DNA from: Lytechinus pictus
Taxonomy: Eukaryota
Assembly (NCBI RefSeq): GCF_037042905.1
Contig: NC_087253.1
Span: forward strand, 19,282,001-19,346,000
Length of the DNA stretch: 64,000 nucleotides
Reading direction: 5' to 3'
Below the pieces are notes generated by a model that did no database searches, was not told where the DNA came from, and was given only the letters and a program-made list of their open reading frames with translations. A program made the translations under genes and the position numbers. Positions 12,217 to 25,455 of this stretch are shown piece after piece. How positions within the stretch are numbered: the stretch's first letter is position 1; each line of letters starts with the position of its first letter.

Positions 12217-14102
12217 ACTGCCATCGTAATAAACACAGTCGCTTAATTTGCTCGGTTGTAAACATACATTGCTTTTGAGTATGTTCCGAAAATCTAAAGA
12301 ATCTCTGACCCCCTAGAAAATTATGGGACCGGTCATCGGCGCCGTTGACAGTTTGTTACATTCCCNNNNNNNNNNNNNNNNNNNNNNNNNNNNNNNNNNN
12401 NNNNNNNNNNNNNNNNNNNNNNNNNNNNNNNNNNNNNNNNNNNNNNNNNNNNNNNNNNNNNNNNNNNNNNNNNNNNNNNNNNNNNNNNNNNNNNNNNNNN
12501 NNNNNNNNNNNNNNNNNNNNNNNNNNNNNNNNNNNNNNNNNNNNNNNNNNNNNNNNNNNNNNNNNNNNNNNNNNNNNNNNNNNNNNNNNNNNNNNNNNNN
12601 NNNNNNNNNNNNNNNNNNNNNNNNNNNNNNNNNNNNNNNNNNNNNNNNNNNNNNNNNNNNNNNNNNNNNNNNNNNNNNNNNNNNNNNNNNNNNNNNNNNN
12701 NNNNNNNNNNNNNNNNNNNNNNNNNNNNNNNNNNNNNNNNNNNNNNNNNNNNNNNNNNNNNNNNNNNNNNNNNNNNNNNNNNNNNNNNNNNNNNNNNNCT
12801 TCCGGCATACTTGTGTTGTAAAATTAGGATTTTTTTTTTGCAATCACTATGCAGACGCTTTCTATAATTCAGAAAAACTTTTGTCAAAAGCTCTTCAATG
12901 ACAAAACAATCAGTGAATCAAAACAGCGGTGTCGTCCTCCGTCCCGTTTCATTAAACTAATCACGAATGCACTGTCCATTTCTGTGTAACAAATTTACTT
13001 TCAGTCAATCAGATTGAAGGATTTCAGTAGCTTTTAACTGTTATTGTAAATTTGTTATCGTAACAAGTTTTATGAAACAGACTCTTGGGCTCTGGACAAA
13101 CGACATATATGCAGTTTTCAGACGATCTGCTGTGCCAATTAACCACATTTTGACAAAAACCTCTCGGCTGTCCATTGTAATTTGACTTGCATTTTCAATA
13201 GTGATTGCAAAAATAGGTTGATATGATATTAGCGAGTCTTCGCTCAGTGACGCGGAATTAATAAAACACAGCAAATGCACTGAAAATGCAAGTCAACTCA
13301 TAATGAGTCTTTGCCGAGGGTCAGCAGGTCAGTGTATTGGAACAGCCGTTTCGTCCGACGTTTTAGAGAAGACGAAATATCGCAAATATGTCGTTTGTTA
13401 ATTCAGAGTCGAGTCACCGACAAATCGTTGATCCGATTCAGCGACCCTCGACAAAGATTTCATTGTCATGAAGGCCAATTTGACAATAGATTATCTGCTT
13501 TCCAGAAAGCGTCTGCATAGCTGGTGCGAAAACTTTCTATATGACAACGAGAGTGAACGGGATAAACAGTACTCAGTAGTGTGAACGTGATTTATAAAGT
13601 GTTAAAAAGGGGGATTGGTAGTAAACAAAATAAATAAAAAGCATTAATCTGAACGTGAAATTAGCACAGTAATGAATTGATGAAATAACACAAAAATAAA
13701 CATGACGTAACTTTGAGGTAAAACAAAATTAGATCAGCAAAATATTTGTAAGAGATATATTGTTTCGGGATCCATTTTAGGTTCAAATTTCGTGTATTCA
13801 TTAATGAATTTATCAATTTATTTATTTATCATTATTATTTTATCATCATCAGTATTGTTATAATTATTTTAATCATTTTCATCATCATCATCATCAATAT
13901 TAATGTACTGCAAGTAGTTAAGCAGCAAGGGGGGGGGGGGGGGTTCGTTAATTCAATTTACCTAAAACACGGTAGATTCTTTAAATAATCCGCACCCCCT
14001 CCCCCTCCAACAAATTCCTGGAAAAATAATCGGCACACATAAAATTATGAGCGCTGTCTTGGTTTGCAGATAATCCTTCTTTGTTGAATTGTTCTATTAC
14101 TG

Positions 14103-14320
14103 TCCCGGTCTTACAAAGCGTTTCGATTGATCCGATCAACCACAACTATGGAAAGCCAGCAATGTCTACATCTAAAATGCATGCCTTTTTCAAAACATTT
14201 TCTAGATGTGATGTATATTCATTAATAGATTTCTTTAAAAAATCAGTGTGCTTCTTTTTGTTCACGAAGTACATTTGGCAAATTTCCTGTAGAAAATCTA
14301 TGACATTGGTGGATTTCCAG
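14103..14320. mobile_element. MITE fragment, same family as 54681-54950
   Basis: gtcttacaaag..gattgatccgatcaaccacaactatgga is shared with the 54685 copy. Confidence 0.6.
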
Positions 14321-16998
14321 GCCCTGATCTAGGTAAATCCATGCGGCAACGCAAAACCGCATCTCTTAACTCTTCCGGATTATCATTTGTATAAGAAAAA
14401 TGAATAATGCACAATGCTGTAAACATTTCATTTCATTTATTGGTTTCTGCAACACTTTTTCATAAACACATGAACAAAGAAAATACAATAATAATATCAG
14501 GGACCTGGGAAGCGGGGGTGCTGCATGTATTATTTATTATTTTCCATAGGCAGCACCCCCACGAAATCAGGTTCCCTTTGTATTTTTTTTTTATATATGT
14601 TATAATGTACATAACTATCACATCCGACAATCACAAATCATTTACATAGTCTTTCACATATTCCAATAACATCCCTCCTATAACGCGACTCAATCAAGCT
14701 CCGGCACTCCGATACAGACGTGGTCGCGCGCGAAACGTGATAACCATAGTTTACACACTACTCGATAGCAGGGAGGGACATGGGTGTGGTTGGACTTGAA
14801 ACTTCCAGGTTTTATGTCGAATCAAGTGTGCGCGCGCCAGACCGCCCGTGCTTTGTATTAACAATTACAAGTCAGACAATAGAAATCAAATTTCACAGTC
14901 TTTTTCGCCCTGCCCCATGGCCCTGGGAAGCGGGGGTGCTGGGGGTGAAGCACCACAAAAATTTGGGGGTGCTGCATGTGTTATTTTCCATTGGCGGCAC
15001 CTCCTGGAAATCTAGTGGTAAGTTGATAAATGACAGAAATGTAATGAAAATGAACGACGTTTTGTAGACCCTCCCCCCTTCAGAATTTTCCGACACAGTA
15101 CTTAAAATAGTGTTTAAATTCACCCTTTTTCAGATCGGAATATTTTCAGATCAAATATTTTCTGCTCGCGCTTCGCGCTCGCATTATTGATTTTTATAAT
15201 AATTTTTTTTATTAACAATGCCCAGATACTAGGTCTAACTCTAAACATGCGCTCGCATGTTTATTCAGATACGCAGCTTGTTTTGGGGCGACTCCGGGCT
15301 GCAAATATTTATATCAAATACAATTTTATGAAAATCTTATAACAAATAGTTAAGTTATTTAAGTCTAAAGTTTAGCAATATTTTATGAAAATGGTGATAT
15401 GCATGTCGTCATGAATATTTGATAGGTGGGTTGACTTGTGTGGAAATCTGTCCCCAAAGGTAGGGGAACCAGGGCCTGGAAAATTTGACAAGCAAAAAAA
15501 AAAGAAGAAAAAAAGTTTTTCACCCAAAATGTAAGGTCATTTAGTCCAAAAGGTATTATTTCGATTGTGAAGTGATGTATTTTTCTCCATGAAAGACCCA
15601 AAACAGTAGGGGGACATTTTATATTGTGTCCCCCTGTCCCCTATGGGATTTCCGCCCATGTGGGTTGAAGATGTCACATCCCCACTATCCTGTTTCTTGT
15701 GTTATTACATGGAATCAAAATTGTTTCATTTTTTCATACCAGTGTGAATGGTATGTCTCCCTTATAATGAAAGACTAAATCAGTTGTCAATTCAACTGTT
15801 TTTGGTTCTTGAAGGGAAAATATTAAATAAACCTAATTTTATATAATAAAATACAAAAGAACAAGTGGGGATATGACATCATCAGTTTGCTCATTGAATA
15901 TTAATGAAGACATGCTTAAAACTGTTTCACCGGAATAATGCTAATCTTTAAAATGCAATAACTTTGATATTCCTTGTCGGATTTTGATCAAATCTTTATT
16001 CTCATGTTCGTCTGATTTCTCTTTATCTGTTCAAACCATATTACATTCAGTGTGGAGTTTCAGATCAGAATATCAAAAATTAATTCTCGCGCTTCGCGCT
16101 CACATTATTAATGTAAGAATAAATATCAAATTTCCCATCATTTTCTTGATTTACAAAACATGAATAGAATGTCCCAATTATAGGTCTGAAATCTCGATTT
16201 CGTTTCCGCTCGCGCTTTGCGCTCGCATCAATTGTACAGTATAGTTATATACCTATCCTGTTCATGATTAGAAAAATGCTTAAGATGTCCTGTTTTTAGT
16301 TCTGAAAACTCATTTTTTATTTCTGCTCGCGCTTCGCGCTCGCATCGATTGTATAGTTATATACCTATCCTGTTCATGATTAGAAAAGTGCTTAAGATGT
16401 CCCGTTTTTTGGTCTGAAATCTCAATTTTGTTTCCGCTCGCGCTTCGCGCTCGCATCAATTGTATAGTTATATACCTATCCTGTTCATGATTGCGAAAAG
16501 TGCTTAGAATGTCCAGTATTTAGGTCGGAATGTCAAATTTTTCAGCTCGCGCTTCGCGATCGCATTATTTGATTGTTGATGTATGTATCGTCTTAATGGG
16601 TAACTGCAAACAGTCCTTATAACACTTCCCTTTCGATCAGACCAGAGCGTATATAAAAAATATCTGCTCGCACTGATCACATTCGCAGTTATTATTTGTT
16701 ACATATGCATCTTGTTCAGGACCACAAACATTGCTCAAATGTTCAATTTTTCAGGACAAAATACATGAAATTCCCCCCCCAAAAAAAAAAAAAAATAGCT
16801 CGCGCTTCGCGCTCGAGTTATCTAATTATATATCTATGTTCTTTGATAAGAAGAAAGAATTGACTGTCGTATATATGTATATTGTGATGAGCAAGGACCT
16901 AAACATTGCGTGGGTGCTTCAGTGAGTAATATATTGGCGAAGAAGCTCAAAAAGTATTGAAGCTAGAGACGTAGCCTGGATTTCTTCAACTGTTATTA

Positions 16999-17039
16999 GT
17001 ACAAGCTTTCGGCCATTTAGTTGGGCCTTCTTCAGGTAT
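16999..17039 (-). ncRNA. Minimal type-I hammerhead ribozyme motif
   Basis: Minus strand: TAC-CTGAAGA-A-GGCC-caactaaat-GGCC-GAAA-GCTT-GTA. Stem I TAC/GTA, stem II GGCC/GGCC, palindromic AAGCTT helix III. Confidence 0.65.
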
Positions 17040-17694
17040 CTGAAGATGTAAAAGACATAATGGCTTATGTCTTTTCATTATAAATCAGATATTTATAATG
17101 TATTTTTATTGTATACATCACTTATTTATCGCAGAACCACATTTATTATTGTTACCTCTACCTTATATAATACTTTGTGTAATTACTAGCACTACCAAGG
17201 ATATATAGGAGTAGGATTTGTTTGGGTGTCTGCGCGTATGTGTGAGTGTATGTGACTGCGAGTGTGATTACTTACATACATAAGTTCACGTGCTTAGACG
17301 CGAATGTATATGAATCAATACCTTTCCTTAATATGTACTCAATATATATTATACAGTATACACACACCACAATATGTCTATATACTTTCATAAAATATTT
17401 GTAATAAAAATCTGTGCAAACTTAATCTATTTTAATAGCTTTTGGATAATCTTAATTAAGCATTACCAATGCAATACAACTTCTTTTGAGATATATACTA
17501 TTTTGAGATATACGTATTTATATACAGCACACATAACCTTCAAAAAAATGTTTGTAATAAAAATCTGCGTAAACTTAATTGATTTTAATAGCTATTGGAT
17601 AATCCTAATTAAACATTACCGATGTAAAACATTTTCTTTTAAGATATACCTATATTTAGTAAATTAATCCAAATATATGCATGGTAATTGTTAA

Positions 17695-18287
17695 AGGTCA
17701 AGTCCACCTCAGAAAAATGTTGATTTGAATCAATAGAGAAAAATCAGACAAGCACAATGCTGAAAATTTCATCAAAATCGGATGTAAAATAAGAAAGTTA
17801 TGACATTTCAAAGTTTCGCTTATTTTTAACAAAATAGGTATATGAACGAGCCAGTTACATCCAAATGAGAGAGTCGATGATGTCACTCACTCACTATTTC
17901 TTTTGTTTTTTATTATTTGAATTATACAATATTTCAATTTTTACGAATTTGACGATTAGGACCTCCTTGCCTGAAGCACAAAATGTTAAAATAATGGAAT
18001 TCCACGTGTTCATGGAGGAATGAAATTTCATTTCACATGACAATGACGAGAAAATCAAAATATTTCATATTTCATATAATAAAATACAAAAGAAATAGTG
18101 AGTGAGTGATGTCATCAGTTCCCTCATTTGCATACCGACCGATAACTGTTTTGTGAAATGAAGCGAAACTTTAAAATGTCATAACTTTCTTATTTTACAT
18201 CCGATTTTGATGAAATTTTCAGTGTTATGCTTGTTGAATTTCTCTCTTTTTATTCAAATCAAGTTTTTGTTGGGGTGGACTTGTCCT
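17695..18287. mobile_element. Non-autonomous TTAA-flanked element (Kolobok-like)
   Basis: TTAA-AGGTCAAGTCCACC ... GGTGGACTTGTCCT-TTAA with long imperfect inverted arms; RR termini with a TTAA TSD are typical of Kolobok. Confidence 0.8.
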
Positions 18288-18317
18288 TTAAGCCATTATG
18301 TCTTTTACATCTTCAGA

Positions 18318-18357
18318 TACCTGAAGAAAGCCCAACTAAATGGCCGAAAGCTTGTAC
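18318..18357 (+). ncRNA. Minimal hammerhead motif, second copy (stem II G>A)
   Basis: TAC-CTGAAGA-AAGCC-caactaaat-GGCC-GAAA-GCTT-GTA. Confidence 0.55.
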
Positions 18358-18537
18358 TAATAAAAGTTGAAGAAATCCAGGCTACGTCTCCAGCTTCAAT
18401 GCTTTTTGAGCCTCTTCGCCAATATATATATATATATATATATTGGCGAAGAAGCTCAAAAAGCATTGAAGCTGGAGACGTAGCCTGGATTTCTTCAACT
18501 TTTATTAGTACAAGCTTTCGGCCATATATATATATAT

Positions 18538-18598
18538 AAATGTGTGAAGTTATACATGTACAACAGCTTTGGCAACTCTTTTAATTTTAAATATTGTA

Positions 18599-18599
<1 letters not shown>
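18538..18599 (-). mobile_element. 5'-truncated 3' end of the 405-bp tRNA-array element
   Basis: Reverse complement reads ttacaatatttaaaattaaaagagttgccaaagctgttgtacatgtataacttcacacattt, nearly identical to the last 60 nt of the unit ending at 43053; flanked by (TA)n on both sides. Confidence 0.88.
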
Positions 18600-18646
<47 letters not shown>

Positions 18647-18819
18647 ATGTGTGTGTGTGTGTGTGGTGCCCTTAGAGGTGTGTGTGTGTGTAATTATGGA
18701 ATATTCAATTGTGTCCCCTCCTCCCCCCCCCCACCTTTGAGGAGAGATTTCAGCACCCCCACTTAAAAAATCGTTCCCAGGTCCCTGAATAATATACGTA
18801 TAACTGACAAGCAAAACAT

Positions 18820-19320
18820 TGAACATAATTGCATTTTCTATTAATATATATCGATTGTTAGAAGGTTGCAGGGGTTGCCACTATAAGCTAAGCTTGACTG
18901 CGTGGCAACCCCAACATGGCAACATGGCTTCTGGATGAACAGTAGTAATCCATCACTTTATTAACATTCAAATCGTTCAAACAAAGGAATGAAATATATA
19001 CAAACATAAAAGAAAGGAACGCCAAGGACATATCTGAGTAACAGAACAAGCAGGGCATACATAAATAACATAGATTATATTAACATAATAGCATATACAA
19101 TACATTTCTATAATTACCCCGAATCAAAATATTAAAACAAGCATGAAGTACAGTATGTAGAAGAAAAACGAGAACTAAAGCAGTTGAGAGAAGAGAGGTG
19201 GAAATAAAAGAAGGGAGAGATGGTACATACAAAGGTGAAATAAAAATAGAAGGATTTAGGTGTATGAAAAGAGAAACCATTATGTCGATATTCGGATACA
19301 TTAGCCATGTACCAGGATAA
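18820..19320 (-). mobile_element. LINE 3' UTR remnant with stem-loop
   Basis: GGGGTTGCCAC / GTGGCAACCCC stem at 18871-18912 with a CAAGCTTAGCTT loop on the minus strand. Confidence 0.5.
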
Positions 19321-19422
19321 GCAATGCGGATTGAAGATTCGTCATTATACCGACTCAGGATTTATTGGTTTGCATAATATGAATATATACAGGAATAACC
19401 ATCTATTATTGGAATTTATTAA

Positions 19423-19785
19423 AAGACAAGTCGACCCCAACAAAAAGTTGATTTGTATAAACAGCGAAAACTCCAACAAGCATAACGATGAAAATTTCAT
19501 CAGATTGCACGAAAAATAGAAGTTATGACATTTTAAAGTTTCCTGTATGCAAATGAGGGGACTGATAACATCACTACTCACTTTTTCTTTTGTACATCAT
19601 TATATGAAATGTGAAATATTTGTATTTTCTCCTTATTGTCCTGTGAAATAAAAATTTTCTTCCTCCCTGACCGTGTGGAGTTGTGCATTAATTAATAACT
19701 GCTTTGTGAAAAGTAATGGAAACCTTAAAATATTATAACTTTCTTATTTTACATCCGATTTTGATGAAATTTTCAGCGTTATTTT
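19423..19785. mobile_element. Decayed Kolobok-like element, same family as 17695
   Basis: ttaa-aagacaagtcgacccc and aaatttcatc..aagttatgacatttt motifs are shared. Confidence 0.65.
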
Positions 19786-20419
19786 ATATTTCATATTTGG
19801 CAGTTCTTGGCAGTTTTGCTTAGAAGAAGAACACAGGTTCTACAGCTTTAAATACATGTTAACGAATAAAATGTTAAACTATGGGATAAAACCAGGGACA
19901 ATGCAGATTTTGTGTATTATTGCACTCAGTTCAACACATTCAATGAGAAATTTACATAAATAAAAATAAATGCTCATTTTTGGCAATGGGCACTATATGT
20001 ATGGTTGTTGCCATGATTTAGTAAAGTTTGGCAGGATCATTTTCTGTGCATTATTGAACCTTTCTCAGTGTACCCGCTGAATGAGGCACAATTGTACAGA
20101 AAGTCTGAACAGGCCTTGGTTTAAACCCCTCTTGGCTAGATTCACTGTTGGAATTCAGGCCTATAATAGTATAATTCCCGGGTTCATTCTACGAATTCCC
20201 TTTTTTACATAACTTTTTTTTTGTTCTCGAGTACTTTTGCTATAGGTGTACACTTATACTTTTCTTTCAATTTAACAATAGTTTATTTCCAAAAAGTATG
20301 TGTGATACGTAATGAGTTTGATTACTTTTCAACCAAAGAATAAAAACCACAGCAAAGCTTAATTTTTGTTTCAATCTGACATAGCTTACAATACTGATTG
20401 CTACTTCTTGTAGTCTTAA

Positions 20420-21022
20420 AGGTCAAGTCCACCCCAGAAAATTGTTGATTAGAATCGATAGAGAAAAATCAAACAAACATAACGCTGCAAATTTCATCGA
20501 AATCGGATGTAAAATAAGAAAGTTATGACATTTTCAAGTTTCGCTTATTTTTCACATAACAGTTAAATGCACAACTCAGCGATATGCAAATGAGAGAGTC
20601 GATGATGTCCATCACTCACAATTTTTTTTTTTTTATTGTTTGAATAATACAATATTTCAATTTTTACAGATTTGACAATAAGGACCAACTTAACTTAACC
20701 ACATACTGTTAAAATAATGGTAATTCCACATGTTCAGGGAGAAATAAAACTTTGTTTCACTTGACAAGGAGGAGAAAATTAGAATATTTCATATTTCATA
20801 TAATAAAATACAAAAGAAATAGTGAGTGTGTGACGTCATCAGTCTGCCAATTTGCATACCGACCAGGATGTGCATATAACTGTTTTGTGAAATTAAGCAA
20901 AACTTTAAAATGTCATAACTTTCTTATTTTACATCCGATTTTGATGAAATTTTTCAGTGTTTTGCTTGTTGGATTTTTCTCTATTTATTCAAATCAATTT
21001 TTTGTTGGGGTGGACTTGTCCT
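20420..21022. mobile_element. Kolobok-like non-autonomous element, full copy
   Basis: TTAA-AGGTCAAGTCCACCCC ... GGGGTGGACTTGTCCT-TTAA; same family as 17695-18287. Confidence 0.82.
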
Positions 21023-21260
21023 TTAAAAGTTTCTTTTTATCAGTTTGCAAATTGAAAACATTCATCTTTCATTTGACATGGCAAAAGTAGTTCAAGTAAA
21101 TGATCAAAATAGAAGAACTGCCAACGACGATTTATTTACTCTCATATCTTTTTTAACTGCTCTAAAAAGCACTGTGACATAAAGAAATGACAAATTCATT
21201 TTCCTATCAACAAAGAAGAATTTCACAGAGAAAATTTTGTAAGTCCACAGATAAAGTAAA

Positions 21261-22000
21261 ATGGAGTAGGGGGCTAAGTGTTGACCGCTTACATGTACAT
21301 GCTACATTGTGTGTATTTGAGTTTTGTCAGACGTGTATCAACCAGATATGTTTATTTACGTCTGGGACCGACCTTTAACGTCACCATCCGAAAGACGTGA
21401 ACCTCTTCATCAATTTGTAACTTCCCCACATAGCTTGGATTACAGGCGCGCGCCACAACGCCCAGTTGCAAGATCAACATTGCAAGACCACTGATTTTAT
21501 CGACATGATTTCAATTGTTTGGAGTAGATATGAATGATTTATTCATATTTTGATGATATAAAGTTGATAAAATCTGTCTGTTTTGAGTCAAGAAAAATAA
21601 AACTGCCACAACTAAAAAAAATACGTCAATCATTTGTACATGTTTCAATGGAAGTGATTTAAATCAATGATTAAAAAAAATCATGGTGAAAGTGGAGTAG
21701 GGGGTGAAGTGTTAACCGCTCATATGCTACATTGCAAGATCAACCTGATATTATTGACATGATTTCAATTCTTTTAAATAGATATCAAGGATTTATTCAT
21801 GTTTTGGTGATTATTAAGTTGATAAAATCTATCTATTTTTAGTAAAAAAAAACACTGCCACACAAAAAAAAAAATCGCCATTTATTTGTACATGTTTCAA
21901 TGGAAGAGATTTAAATCAATGATTTTTTTAAAATCATAGTTATTTAAATCGCGATTTAAATCATGATTTAAATCAACGTGATTTAAATCAGCCAACCCTG
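21261..22000. repeat. Diverged direct duplication ending in a hAT-like terminus
   Basis: ggagtaggggg..aagtgtt.accgct recurs at 21263 and 21694 with colinear downstream sequence; the region ends in GATTTAAATC repeats followed by GCCAACCCTG. Confidence 0.55.
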
Positions 22001-22255
22001 CACATTCAGTTCCTTAACTTGAGTGAAGGGTCTGCACGGTAGACCAGACGCTTTTGGTCTACTTTTTTCGTGTTTCACCTGACTGGATTTTAAAGGGACG
22101 GCTGGCTTTGGCAATCCATATTCTTAATCCCTTTTCTAGATCTCTATATATCTTTATATTAATCAGAAACGGAATTTGAATTCATGAAATACTGTGTTGC
22201 TAGGAAAATGCAGTTCTTGAAAGCAAGAAACTATATACCAAAAAAAAATCGTCAC

Positions 22256-22448
22256 ATTTACACTGACGAAAGCAGGGCCGGAGGTAGATTTTTTTCGGGG
22301 GGGGGGGGGGGCGGGCATGCAGGACGCGTATATATATACAAAATTTGAGGAAACTCGTTTTTGAGTTTCCACCCAAAAAAATAACGCGTCCTGCCGCCCC
22401 CCACCCCGAAAAAAATCTGCGTACGGCCCTGCTTTCGTCAGTGTAAAT
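22256..22448. repeat. About 190-bp palindromic MITE-like element
   Basis: atttacactgacgaaagcagggccg ... cggccctgctttcgtcagtgtaaat, plus inner paired G/C tracts and gcaggacgcgt/acgcgtcctgc. Confidence 0.75.
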
Positions 22449-23717
22449 ATTACAATTTTGTTGTAGTTTCTTGCTGTGACATAGCGTTCGTTCCTTGATC
22501 TAGTTTGGCGTGAGTACATAGAAAAGAAATTTGATACAATTTACCTTTGTCTCTAAAATATGTAGCTACATCTAAAAGGCGTGGGATGTCTCTACCTCGG
22601 AGAGAAAGTAAATTGATATCTGTGAAACATAGCGTGACTATAGGGCCTACCTCTAAAATATCATTATGACTAATATCAAATCACACTGATGATGGATATC
22701 CGTAATCTATTGATGAATTGGGAACGGAACTCTTAATGGTGACGCCTTTAAATAATTTAATATTGTTTTCGAATGCCGTTCTTTTTGCTGCGCTGTTGAC
22801 AAGCAAGGACATTGTTAGAGAAACAAAGAAAATACTATTTGAGAGAGAGAGAGAGAGAGGGGGAGATAGAGAGATGGAGAGGGATATGAGGGAGGGAGAT
22901 GGGGACGTAACTGACGCAAGCCCGTTATCTCTCTATAATAATTTCCTTTCACATAATACAAAGAAAGTAACATAACATTGAAATGTCAGAATATATCACA
23001 AAGCATGACAATCATAACAATTCATAACAAAATTAATATAATATTTAACAATTCAGACGTTAGCGACCACCTTCAGGGGCAACCTGAAAACATGCCTGTA
23101 TAAGAGTGTGTTTTTGGACAGACACCGACTTGTTTTCATTGTTAAAGTTTGAATACGTATTTATTTAAAGGGATCGTTTAACTTTGTGAGCAGCTGATTT
23201 AAAAGATTCTCACACTGAGACGAAACATGTGTATGAGTGCCTGTATTTGTCCTCAAAAACCGTGAAACAGACCACAATATAGGAGGAAAAACTCTAATTT
23301 AGATACAAGTAGCAATTTATTAGCTAGATTTTGAGAACCGTCTAGTAGATGGGTTCCAGCTTATGAATAGTTTTCTCCAATTCAAAAAGTCCGTTAGCTT
23401 TGTTGACTGCCTTCTGCTCTGTGTATCTCCTATACACATGCTATTATTAGCTGCACTGTACATTCAGTGTATACCTTATACACACTGTATGTAGGTCATG
23501 CTGGTTTCATCTAGAGTTGATGTGTTGTGTTGCACAGATTCGCTCTATACACATAGTCATTGAAACCAACTCCCAATTATTTTCAAACTTTGGTTTACAT
23601 CTCCAAGGTTTTAAAATTGATCCTGTAGATAAAATACTTTGAAACTTTTGGGATGGTATTTGTACACTATTAGCCTAATGTTTAGCCCATTTTCAAGAAC
23701 CAAAATGAGAATTTTTT

Positions 23718-25455
23718 GATTGATTGATTGATTGCATTTATTCTTTTTCATTCCAAAATTTAACAAAAGTTACAATGTATAGCAAAACACAAAAGTATGA
23801 TATACAGAAATGAAAAAAGGGAACCCACTGGAAAGCAAAGCTTGTTAGTATGGGTTCCCTGCAATAAATAGTTAATCAAAGTATATCTTTGATCAATGAA
23901 ATTCAAATCGTAAATTAAAAAGGTTTGTACAATGAAAAAGAATACTAGTGGGGTCAAGCTTGTTAAGCCTACTATGTTACAATTAACAAAAAATATTATA
24001 TCATATATACCCCTGCTGTATAAAAAAAAATACATGAGTTCAGGAGTGTGTGAACAGACAATCACTTGGACAAGACAGGACAGATACTAAAAGCAAAACA
24101 AAGACAAAAACAAAAAACGCACACAAACAAAAACAAAACAGGACAAGACAGAAAAAAAAGGAAAAGAAACAAAACAAAACAAACTACAAAACATAGACAA
24201 ACAGGAAAATAAGAAAAGCAATAGAACTAGACATTAAGGTGATAGGAAGAGAGAGAGAAAAAAAAAAGAAATGTGAGAGGGAGGGGGAAAGAGAAGAAGG
24301 AAGAAAATAAGAAGGGAAGAAGAACAAGAGGTGGTAGCTGCTTATACAGAAATGTTTAAGTTCTGGGGTTTATACCCAAGGATAAGAATTTTCTTTAACC
24401 CTCGACTGAAACTTAAATGTGTTGGCTTGTTACGTAATGATTCTATAAGGGAGTTCCAAAGTTTGATACCTGTAAAAATAAATGTTTTATTTAAAAGGAT
24501 GGTTCTAGCTCTTGGTGGATGAAAGAGCCCGGCGGACCTAGTAGGATAATGATGAATATCGACATTTTTTGTAAACATGGAATAAAAAATATTTGGAAGT
24601 TCATTTTTATCTAAACTATACATAAGTTTTCCGAGATTGTATCAATACAAGTCACCAATCTTCAAAATATTATATTTATAGAAAAGTTCGTAAGTGTGTG
24701 AACGAAAATCTGCATGACAAATAATACGAATAGCCTTTTTCTGTAAAAGTAAAATTCTGTTCAGGAGGCAGTCAGCACAATTCCCGCATGCTGTTATACC
24801 GTAGTTTAAATGAGGCAGGATCAAAGTTGAATACAAATTAAATAGTATATGAGTGGGAAAGAAACATTTTACTTTGTTTATGATACCAATATTTCTCGAA
24901 ATAATTTTACAAATGTGATCAACGTGCTCTTTCCAGGAAAGATTATTATCAATGGTTACCCCAAGAAATTTAGTACTGCCAACTCTTTGTAAATTAGTAT
25001 TTTCGAAAATTATATTACCTGGAAGTTCATCTATGATATTACTAAAGAGCATATAATTTGTTTTTTGGAGATTAAGGGATAGTTTATTAGCTTTGATCCA
25101 TTCAGATACATGTACTAGTTCGTGATTAATGGTGGCAAGCAAATGGCGTGGATCCTTATGGGAGAAAAAAATATTAGAATCGTCAGCAAACAGAATAAAT
25201 GATAAATTATTGGAGGACTTACAAAAATCATTTATGTATATAAGAAAAAGTAGGGGACCCAAAATAGAGCCTTGCGGAACCCCACAAGTAACAAGTTTTG
25301 TTTCGGAGTTAAAGTTTTCGAAAGAGACAAATTGTTTTCTATTGTCTAGGTAGTTCCTGAACCACTCCAAGGCTATTCCCTTGACTCCATAGTAATTAAG
25401 TTTGTGTAATAAAATGTCATGATTAATGGTATCAAAAGCCTTGGAGAAGTCCAGA
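23718..25455 (-). mobile_element. 5'-truncated L2/Crack-CR1-group LINE
   Basis: ORFs 24642-25370 and 24342-24623 (GVPQGSILGPLLF, FADD, LILPHLNYG); 3' stem-loop at 23818-23860; AATAAA followed by an (AATC)n tail. Confidence 0.92.

Larger units (their letters stand above)
16931..18525 (+). mobile_element. Non-coding PLE-type insertion with inverted pseudo-LTR pieces and hammerhead, in a (TA)n tract
   Basis: A roughly 135-bp segment occurs inverted at 16931-17067, direct at 18290-18424 and partially inverted at 18441-18525, flanked by TA repeats; it contains a hammerhead core. Confidence 0.7.
14498..18787. mobile_element. Non-autonomous hAT-like DNA transposon, copy 1 (8-bp TSD AATAATAT)
   Basis: TIR CAGGGACCTGGGAA / TTCCCAGGTCCCTG; TSD at 14490-14497 and 18788-18795; internal GCTCGCGCTTCGCGCTCGC repeats; colinear with the copy at 36242-43218. 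Confidence 0.9.

Noticed and set aside
9332-12901. ORFs with long X runs
   Set aside because: They span N gaps.
21355-21400. Deu-domain SINE fragment (tttaacgtcaccatccgaaagac)
   Set aside because: Too short to call without a search.
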